A stretch of DNA of 64,000 nt from a bacterium (lineage in GTDB: Bacteria; Bacillota_I; Bacilli_A; RFN20; CAG-826): the NCBI GenBank assembly GCA_963605025.1, contig CAVCSZ010000002.1:16996-80995 (forward strand), read 5' to 3'. Under the pieces are notes generated by a model. It saw only the letters and a list, made by a program, of their open reading frames with translations. It did not search any database and was not told where the DNA came from. Below, piece by piece: positions 57,046 to 64,000 of this stretch. Position 1 is the first letter of the stretch, and every line of letters begins with the position of its first letter. Made by a program: the position numbers and the translations under genes.

Positions 57046-57987
57046 ATGCAATTAGCAGGAATTTCTTTAATTCAAGTTATAACTTTATTTGTAATGATAT
57101 TTTTAGGTTTTTTTCTTACTAAAATTAATCTTATTAAGTTAGATGCTAAATCTAGTTTAACTAATATTTTAGTATATTTAGTAGTCCCTTGTATGATTAT
57201 TAATTCATATATTACAACTACATTTGATTCTAGTATTGTTACTAATTTATTATGGTGTTTTCTTTTTTCTTTTATAGGATTAGCAATATGTGCAATCTTT
57301 GTATTAATAGTTACTCACTTTTGGAAAACTAATCAAAAAAATATATTAAGCTTTGCAATGATTTTCTCTAATGCTGCTTATATGGGTTTTCCTCTAATTG
57401 AAGCATTATTTAATTCAGAAAGTTTAATATATGCATCTAGTTTTTTAACAGTGTTTAATATTTGTTTATGGACATTTGGATACGCATTAGTTTCTAGATC
57501 ATTTAATCCTAAAAAAGTATGTCTTTCTATATTAAAAACACCAGTAATTTATGCATTAATCATTGGGTTAATTCTTTTCTTTTGTAAAGTAAATGTTCCA
57601 AGTTATATTCAAAAACCGTTAGCGTTAATTGGAAATATGAATACTCCTTTAAGTATGTTTTTAATAGGTATGATTATGACTCAATTACATTTTAAACAAG
57701 TATTTAAAAATATTTATATGTGGCTTACAGTATTTATTAAATTAATTATATGTCCTTTTATTGTTTTATGTTTTTTATATTTATTTAAATATACACTTAA
57801 TGTAGATGCATTAATGTTAAGAGTTATATTTATTTTAGTAGCGTGTCCATGTGTAAGTATTACTAGTGTATTTGCTATTCAGTTTAATTATGATGAAGAA
57901 ATTGCTACAAGTAGTGTAGTAATTTCTACTATTCTTTCATTAATTACTTTACCTTTATTTACTTTACTTATTACTAATATTATTTAG
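57046..57987 (+). CDS. AEC-family (auxin efflux carrier / malate-permease-like) transporter
   Basis: 313 aa, about 10 TM helices. Starts 4 nt after the regulator stop. RBS AGGAG. Confidence 0.75.
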   Translation: MQLAGISLIQVITLFVMIFLGFFLTKINLIKLDAKSSLTNILVYLVVPCMIINSYITTTFDSSIVTNLLWCFLFSFIGLAICAIFVLIVTHFWKTNQKNILSFAMIFSNAAYMGFPLIEALFNSESLIYASSFLTVFNICLWTFGYALVSRSFNPKKVCLSILKTPVIYALIIGLILFFCKVNVPSYIQKPLALIGNMNTPLSMFLIGMIMTQLHFKQVFKNIYMWLTVFIKLIICPFIVLCFLYLFKYTLNVDALMLRVIFILVACPCVSITSVFAIQFNYDEEIATSSVVISTILSLITLPLFTLLITNII

Positions 57988-58123
57988 AAGTTTAATATGA
58001 AATTATATCTTAAAATATCTATTATTTAAATTTCATAAAGAAAGAATTAATCATCACTTAATTGATAAATTCTTATATAAGTTCATTTTCTTTTTATTTA
58101 GGCCTATAAAATTAAAACTTATG

Positions 58124-58151
58124 CTTTGATACTATTGTATCAAAGGTTTTT
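58124..58151 (+). terminator. Intrinsic terminator
   Basis: Stem CTTTGATAC / GTATCAAAG, loop TATT, then GTTTTT. Confidence 0.75.
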
Positions 58152-58237
58152 GATAAAAATTTTTATAAAAAATGTAATTTAAAAAAAACTAAAATATTTC
58201 TATACTCTGAATGAAATGAAATAATTTTAAGTAATTA

Positions 58238-58266
58238 TTGACTTTAGTAAAACTACAAAGTACGAT
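58238..58266 (+). promoter_or_regulatory. Putative promoter TTGACT-N17-TACGAT
   Basis: Spacing counted directly. RBS AAGGTG and the ATG at 58285 follow. Confidence 0.45.
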
Positions 58267-58284
58267 AAATCATAAGGTGTAGTT

Positions 58285-59448
58285 ATGTCAGTCTTATTTA
58301 ATACAAATATATTTAAATATGTTATTATAATTTTGTTAATTGTAGCAATTTTTATTGTAATAGGTGCTATTAAATTGTATAAAGAAAATCCATTTAAATA
58401 TCCGTATATGAACAAAGAAATAGATGTATCTGGTAAAAAATCACCAATGATTTTTGATTATATTGATAAATATTTAAATGAAAATGGTATGCATGAGATT
58501 GATATGCATAATAAAAAGATTGAAAAATGGAAAATGGAATGTGAAGAGAAAATTTCAAAAAGTTTATTTAAAAATCACAGAAAGGAACAATACCAATCAA
58601 TTTTAGATGATAATGGAAGATTTCAATTTAAATTATATAGAACTCGTACAAAATATAAACAGGTTAATTATGTAAAAAAAGCTTATAAGGCTAAAGTAAT
58701 TGTTCAACAATATGGAATCAGTTATGAAAAATTGTTAGCTCGCTATTCGCTTCTTAAAAATTCAAATTTAAATAAACCAGTTCAAATAAAAGATGAAATA
58801 ATTACTAATAAAATAGAATTTAATTTTTCTAATTTAAATGGTGGAATGAATTTAGAAGAATACCAAAAAGTTAAAAATTTAAACTATCTAGAATATTGCG
58901 ATTATTTACAAAAAAAGCACGGCATTGGTAAATATAATTATTTCAATACTTCTTGGAATAAAAATAAAAAATGCACAAGAACTAGTGAAGGACTTATATG
59001 TCACCATAAATGCGAAGATAGAGCGATAATGCTTAGTAACCCAATGTTTGCTAGAAAAAATCCATATGAATACCAAGAAGCTAAAAATCTTATTTATTGT
59101 GATTATTTAGAACATTTATATTTACATATATTAATATGTGAAAATCCATCTCCTAATAAAAATGATTTTGAAGAAGTAGGAATTGGTGGTGTTATTAATT
59201 TTATAGTACCTGAATTAAATGATTTATATTCTGGTTATAAAACAAATCAAGAATGGAGAAGAAATTGTCATAATTTAGTAATTAATAATAAAGATGTTTA
59301 TTTAGAACTTTTAAAAAGATTCAAAAGAACTTGTAAGAATAATCCTTTTTATGATGAAAATTGTTTATTTACAAGTTTTAATGAGCCTTATGGTTTGTGG
59401 TCTAAAAAGAATAATGAAAAATTATTTAAAGAAATTAAAAAATTATAA
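58285..59448 (+). CDS. Uncharacterised membrane-anchored protein with an HNH-like His/Asn/His motif
   Basis: 387 aa. One N-terminal TM helix (aa 9-29), a Lys-rich middle, then GLICHHKCEDRA...AKNLIYCDYLEHLYLH (58990-59127). There is an internal YCDYL duplication. Confidence 0.65.
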   Translation: MSVLFNTNIFKYVIIILLIVAIFIVIGAIKLYKENPFKYPYMNKEIDVSGKKSPMIFDYIDKYLNENGMHEIDMHNKKIEKWKMECEEKISKSLFKNHRKEQYQSILDDNGRFQFKLYRTRTKYKQVNYVKKAYKAKVIVQQYGISYEKLLARYSLLKNSNLNKPVQIKDEIITNKIEFNFSNLNGGMNLEEYQKVKNLNYLEYCDYLQKKHGIGKYNYFNTSWNKNKKCTRTSEGLICHHKCEDRAIMLSNPMFARKNPYEYQEAKNLIYCDYLEHLYLHILICENPSPNKNDFEEVGIGGVINFIVPELNDLYSGYKTNQEWRRNCHNLVINNKDVYLELLKRFKRTCKNNPFYDENCLFTSFNEPYGLWSKKNNEKLFKEIKKL

Positions 59449-59498
59449 AATATAAAGATTAATGAATTTTTCTAAAAAACTACATTTTGAAATGAGCG

Positions 59499-59528
59499 TT
59501 TTTCAACATATTCAGTTTATCATTATCA
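59499..59528 (+). repeat. 30-nt direct repeat, copy 2 (partner 54753-54782)
   Basis: See copy 1. Confidence 0.65.
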
Positions 59529-59701
59529 TTAATATTAAAAGATCAAATGAATCTAGAAGTAAATATTATTTCTTAATATCTAATATAACTTGAGGTAAAT
59601 AAATATGATTTTTATATTGATACTTCATAAGATAGTAAAGATATCGTAGATTTAATTATTAACTACTTTAATAAATTAAGATAATAAGTTATTCAATCAT
59701 C

Positions 59702-59730
59702 TTGATTTTATATATACTCGTGAGTATAAT
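59702..59730 (+). promoter_or_regulatory. Promoter TTGATT-N17-TATAAT
   Basis: Spacing counted directly. It lies 28 nt upstream of the ATG at 59758. Confidence 0.55.
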
Positions 59731-59757
59731 ACTTATGAGTATATAAGGAGAAGTTAT

Positions 59758-61143
59758 ATGTTTTTTGGAAGAATAAAAGAACTTAATAAGCTTGAGAAAG
59801 AATTTCTTAAAAAGAACTCTTTTTGTTCTATTTATGGTACAAGAAGAATAGGTAAAACATCTTTAATAAATGAATTTATTAAAGATAAAAAACATATAAT
59901 GTTTCAAGCAAAAGAAGTTTCTCATGCTGATAATTTAAAATCTTTTTCTTTTAAAATACAAGAAAGTTTTAATAGAAATGATGAATATATTTATTCTTCA
60001 TGGGAAAAAGCATTTGATGCTGCTATATCTTTTTTTAAAGGTGAAAAAGGAGTCATTGTAATTGATGAATATCCTTACTTAGTTAAATCATATGAAGGTA
60101 TATCTTCTATAATTCAAGATATCTATGATAATAAACTTAAAGATAGTAATATCATGTTAATTTTAGCAGGTTCTAATCTTTCTTTTATGGAAAAAGAATT
60201 AAATAATAAACAATCTCCTTTATATAAAAGAGTAACTTTAAAAATGAAAATTAATAAGCTTCCATTTAATGAAGCTATAATGTTTTTAGATGGATATACT
60301 AATAAAGAGAAGATTAAATTCTTATGTATGTTCGGAGAATATCCTTTTTATCTTTCTAAAATAGATAAGAATTTAACATTTGAAGAAAATGTAAAAGAAT
60401 TATTATTTAATGAAAATTCAATTTTATTAGATTCTCCTAAGTTATTACTTTCAAATTCTAGTAGAGAACAAAGTTTTTATAATTCAATATTACTTTATTT
60501 AGCAGGTAAGAAAAAAGGATTAACTGAATTAAGTAAATTAATGAATGAAGACGTTGTTAAAATAAATAAATATATGAAAATATTACTAGATGCTGAAATA
60601 GTAATTAAAAATGAAATTTATAATTCTTCTAGAAAAGTATATTATTATATTGAAGATCCAGTATTAAGATTTTATTATCAATATTTACTTATTAATATAG
60701 AAAAAATAGAAGCAGGTTATGGAGATGTTTTATTTGAAAGATTAAAAGATAAAATAGAATCATTTATTTCTTATTCTTTTGAAGATATTTCTATAAGTTA
60801 TATGGAAAATTTATCATTAAGTGGTAAATTAAATGGTATTTATTATCCTATTAGAAATTTAATAATAGAAAAATCTGAATTAAATAGATCAATTGAAATT
60901 GATGGAATCGCAAAAGATGAAGATTCATTAATTGTTATAGAATGTAAATACACTAATAAAAAAAGAAATCTTAATGATTATTTAAAAATGAAAGAAAATA
61001 CATCTATTAAAATGTTTTCAAATATTAAAAGAATTGATTATTATATTATTTCTTTAAGCGAATTTGATAAAGATATATTAAATTATAAAGATATAAATTT
61101 ACATCTTATTACATTAGAGGATATGTTTAATATAAATAATTAG
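59758..61143 (+). CDS. ATPase (archaeal-ATPase/AAA-type) plus wHTH plus DUF234-type PD-(D/E)xK-like domain
   Basis: Walker A GTRRIGKTS and Walker B VIVIDEYPY. Central KKGLTELSKLMNEDVVKINKYMKILLDAEIV (wHTH-like). C-terminal IEIDGIA...LIVIECKY (D...ExK). Confidence 0.8.
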   Translation: MFFGRIKELNKLEKEFLKKNSFCSIYGTRRIGKTSLINEFIKDKKHIMFQAKEVSHADNLKSFSFKIQESFNRNDEYIYSSWEKAFDAAISFFKGEKGVIVIDEYPYLVKSYEGISSIIQDIYDNKLKDSNIMLILAGSNLSFMEKELNNKQSPLYKRVTLKMKINKLPFNEAIMFLDGYTNKEKIKFLCMFGEYPFYLSKIDKNLTFEENVKELLFNENSILLDSPKLLLSNSSREQSFYNSILLYLAGKKKGLTELSKLMNEDVVKINKYMKILLDAEIVIKNEIYNSSRKVYYYIEDPVLRFYYQYLLINIEKIEAGYGDVLFERLKDKIESFISYSFEDISISYMENLSLSGKLNGIYYPIRNLIIEKSELNRSIEIDGIAKDEDSLIVIECKYTNKKRNLNDYLKMKENTSIKMFSNIKRIDYYIISLSEFDKDILNYKDINLHLITLEDMFNINN

Positions 61144-61153
61144 ATTACAAATA

Positions 61154-61981
61154 TTATTTTAATATTTTAGTAATATCATTTCTATTTTTCTTATATACAG
61201 CATAAAAACTTAAATAAGCATCTTTATCTATAATAGGAATTGATATTCTATTTGAAGAAAGATTATTATTTTTACTTATATCAGTTACAAAAGAAGGAAT
61301 TGAAGAATATTCATTTAATTCTTTTAAATTTTCTAATTTATCATTTTCTATAAAATTAGAATTATGTAAGTTTTTATCTAATATTTTTCTCCATATACCT
61401 ATATTAGAAAAAAGTAAAAATGATTGTCCATCTATGTCTGAAAATTTTAATTCTTTCATATTAGAAAGAAAATGATTTTTAGGTATAGATATAAATAAAT
61501 GTTCAATCATTACTTTTTTACATATATAGTTAGGATCATTAATTTCATTATTAATAAATATTAAATCATATAAATTATTATTTAATCCTTTAATTAAAGT
61601 AATTTCTTCATCAATAGAAGTAATTACTTTTTCTTTTGATTTTTTAGCTTCAAATACTTCAGGAAATTTAAATAAAACTCCAGGAGCAGTATAACCAATT
61701 GATATAGTTCTTTGATTTTCTTTTAATTCTAAAGCTTTTTTAGTTAAATAAGAATTCATATTTACTATTTCTTTAGCGTATTTTAAAATTTCTAAACCAT
61801 TTTCATTTAAAGTAATTTTATTAGCTTGTCTATTAAATATAGTTAAATCTAGTTCATCTTCAAGTTTTTTCATTGCTTTAGAGAGTGATGGTTGAGATAA
61901 GTGAAGAACTTCACTTGCTTTTAAAAGAGAATGAGTTTCATCAAAAACTACTAAATAATATAATAAATAACTATCTATCAT
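61154..61981 (-). CDS. LysR-family transcriptional regulator
   Basis: N-terminal HTH SLLKASEVLHLSQPSLSKAMKKLEDEL; 275 aa. Confidence 0.85.
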   Translation of the reverse strand: MIDSYLLYYLVVFDETHSLLKASEVLHLSQPSLSKAMKKLEDELDLTIFNRQANKITLNENGLEILKYAKEIVNMNSYLTKKALELKENQRTISIGYTAPGVLFKFPEVFEAKKSKEKVITSIDEEITLIKGLNNNLYDLIFINNEINDPNYICKKVMIEHLFISIPKNHFLSNMKELKFSDIDGQSFLLFSNIGIWRKILDKNLHNSNFIENDKLENLKELNEYSSIPSFVTDISKNNNLSSNRISIPIIDKDAYLSFYAVYKKNRNDITKILK

Positions 61982-61986
61982 ATAAT

Positions 61987-62017
61987 AACCTACTATTCAA
62001 TTTAATTATACTAGGTT
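61987..62017. promoter_or_regulatory. LysR-type box: AACCTACTAT-N11-ATACTAGGTT (9/10 inverted repeat)
   Basis: Read directly in the divergent intergenic region between the LysR gene and the flavodoxin/AKR genes. Confidence 0.45.
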
Positions 62018-62077
62018 TCTAAATTAATATATACGTTTTATTAAAAAAATTGTTAATTTATTATTGAGGTGAAAAAA

Positions 62078-62541
62078 ATGAAAAATTTAATAGTATATTT
62101 TAGTTGGTCTAACACTACAAAAAATTTAATAGAACAAATTAATAAAGAATTTTCTTTTGATGTAATTAGAATTGAAAGAAAAATTCCATATTCTTCTGAG
62201 TATAAGATATGTGCGTATAAAGAAGCAAAAGAAGAAATAGATAATAATATTCATCCTGAATTAAATCTTTAAATATTGAATTAAATTCATATGATAAAAT
62301 ATTATTATTTTTTCCTATATGGTGGTATACATTTCCAATGCCTGTAGGAACATTTATTGAATCATTAAAAGATTATAAAGGAGAAGTAATTTTATTTGAA
62401 AATAGTTATACAAATGATAAAAAATATATAGAAAATTCTTTTAATGATTTTAAAAAAATAAATAAAGATATTAATCTTTCTAATGGATTATTTAATAAAT
62501 CTATTGAAGAACATATTAAATTTATAAAGGAGAAATGTTAA
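62078..62541 (+). pseudogene. Flavodoxin-family gene interrupted by a 1-nt frameshift near 62257-62272
   Basis: The N-terminal part is MKNLIVYFSWSNTTKNL...HPELNL*. The next frame continues (I)KSLNIELNSYDKILLFFPIWWYTFPMPV... Together they make one flavodoxin-like protein. Confidence 0.7.
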
Positions 62542-62543
62542 TT

Positions 62544-63401
62544 ATGAAATATTTTAATTTAAGTAATGGTAATAGAATACCTTCAATTGGATATGGAGTT
62601 TTCCAAATATCTAAAGATGACACTAAGAATAGTGTTTTATTAGCGTTAAAAGAAGGATATCGTCATATTGATACCGCACAATCTTATTTTAATGAAGATG
62701 AAGTAGGAGACGCTATTAAAGAATCTAATATTAATAGAAATGAATTATTTATAACTACTAAAGTATGGATTGATAATTATAAAGAAGGTAAAACATATGA
62801 TTCAGTTATTAAATCTATTGAAAAATTAAAATGTGATTATTTAGATTTAATTTTATTACATCAACCTGTTGGAGATTATTATTCTGCTTATAGAGATTTA
62901 GAAAAATTATATTTAGAAGGCAAAGTAAAAGCTATTGGAGTATCTAATTTTTATCCTGATCGTTTAATTGATTTATGTTTATTTGCAAATATTAAGCCTC
63001 AAGTAAATCAAATAGAAGTTAATTGTTTCTTTCAAAGAGATGAAGATTTAAAATGGGCTAATAAATATAATGTAGTTATTGAAGCTTGGGCACCTTTTGC
63101 AGAAGGAAAAGGAAATATGTTTAATGAACCTACTTTAAAAGAAATTGCTAATAAACATAATAAATCAGTAGCACAAGTTATTTTAAGATGGTTATACCAA
63201 AGAGGAATAGTAAGTTTAGCAAAATCAACTCATGATGAAAGAATTAAAGAAAATTTTAATATCTTTGATTTTGAATTAGATAATGATGATTTAATTAAAA
63301 TTAAATCTCTTGATAAAAATAAGTCATCTTTCTTTGATCATAGAGATCCAAATATGATTGAATGGTTTAAAAAGATGACTATTGAAAGAAGAGGAAAATA
63401 A
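62544..63401 (+). CDS. Aldo/keto reductase
   Basis: GYRHIDTAQSY, LLHQP and ITTKVW patterns. The ATG at 62544 follows AAGGAG. Confidence 0.9.
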   Translation: MKYFNLSNGNRIPSIGYGVFQISKDDTKNSVLLALKEGYRHIDTAQSYFNEDEVGDAIKESNINRNELFITTKVWIDNYKEGKTYDSVIKSIEKLKCDYLDLILLHQPVGDYYSAYRDLEKLYLEGKVKAIGVSNFYPDRLIDLCLFANIKPQVNQIEVNCFFQRDEDLKWANKYNVVIEAWAPFAEGKGNMFNEPTLKEIANKHNKSVAQVILRWLYQRGIVSLAKSTHDERIKENFNIFDFELDNDDLIKIKSLDKNKSSFFDHRDPNMIEWFKKMTIERRGK

Positions 63402-63403
63402 TA

Positions 63404-64000
63404 TGAAATTTAAAAAAATAATTAGTTTAAGTATTTCTTTACTTGCTTTAGTGTCTTGTTCAAATATAAATAATTCTAATCAAGAAGATTCATCTAATAA
63501 TGATAGTGAATTTCAATTAAACACTAAATCAATTGTTGTTTATTTTAGTGCTACTTCAAATACTAAAAAAGTTGCATCTACTATAAGTGAATATATTTCT
63601 AGTCCAATTTATGAACTTGAACCAAAAAATCCATATACAAGTAATGATTTAAATTATTCAAATCAAAATTCTAGAGTAGTTAAAGAACATAATGACTCTT
63701 CAAGATATGTAGAATTAATTAATACTAATTTTGAATATTTTTCTACTTGTAAATATGTATTTTTAGGAGCACCTGTATGGTGGCAAGAATTAAGCTGGGT
63801 AGTAGATGATTTTATTAAAAATAATGATTTTTCTTCTAAAACAATTATTCCTTTTGCTACTAGTAGTTCATCTAATTTTACTACTAGTAAACTAGAAGAA
63901 TACACTAAAAATGCAACTTGGTTGTCTCCTAAAAGATTTTCTTCTTTTGAATCAAATTCTAATATTATTTCTTGGATTGATAATTTAGGAATTGATGTTA
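63404..64000 (+). CDS. Flavodoxin-like lipoprotein (partial; 3' end beyond the window)
   Basis: My translation: MKFKKIISLSISLLALVSCSN... (lipobox LVSC), then IVVYFSATSNTKKVA...FLGAPVWWQELSW. It is not in the track because it has no in-window stop. Confidence 0.75.

Noticed and set aside
59462-59593. 43-aa ORF (MNFSKKLHFEMSVFQHIQF...) in the 309-nt gap between the HNH-motif gene and the ATPase gene
   Set aside because: It has no RBS. It overlaps the 30-nt repeat and looks like random AT-rich reading frame.
1-64000. CRISPR arrays, rRNA, tRNA genes, TGA-as-Trp recoding
   Set aside because: I found no regularly spaced direct repeats. The only tRNA-like T-arm sequences are the tmRNA and its degenerate fragment. 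Conserved genes such as prfB end in TGA, and RF2 is present, so the standard code applies.

Overview
This is a very AT-rich bacterial chromosome segment. Gene order and motifs look like Bacillota/Mycoplasmatota (inference only; no search was possible). It uses the standard genetic code: TGA is a stop, and RF2 is present with its classic +1 frameshift. There are three blocks. (1) 1-28 kb is a pectin/hexuronate utilisation locus. It holds uxaB, uxaA, uxaC, kdgA, kdgK, kduI and kduD, GH28, GH105, CE8 and CE12 enzymes, a CUT1-type ABC importer with a 729-aa lipoprotein binding protein, two MsmX-like ATPases, and two regulators. trpS and hup are embedded in it. (2) 28-50.9 kb is conserved housekeeping: glk, pyrG, rsmI, yaaT, holB, tmk, recR, ybaB, dnaX, prfA, prmC, tsaC, rpiB, comFA, comFC, secA, prfB, uvrB and secG. 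(3) tmRNA (50918-51288) is followed by a roughly 10-kb mosaic accessory region. It contains a Doc-like Fic protein with Gln in place of the catalytic His, a lipoprotein amidohydrolase, a decayed IS30-like element plus a solo IS end, and a GntR/AEC-permease pair. It also contains a membrane-anchored protein with an HNH-like motif, an ATPase-wHTH-PD-(D/E)xK (DUF234-type) protein, and a LysR/flavodoxin/aldo-keto reductase cluster. I saw no CRISPR array, rRNA or tRNA. The most unusual points are these. Five uncharacterised multi-pass membrane proteins sit inside the ABC importer operon. Two in-frame gene fusions (MATE-esterase and MsmX-UxaB) each have an A7 run at the junction, and removing one A would restore two coupled genes. 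Several short repeat pairs and a degenerate copy of the tmRNA 3' end mark island footprints downstream of ssrA. The two nuclease-motif genes at 58.3-61.1 kb are the best candidate for an undescribed defence-type module. All functional calls rest on motifs I could read by eye, so homology and structure searches are still needed.
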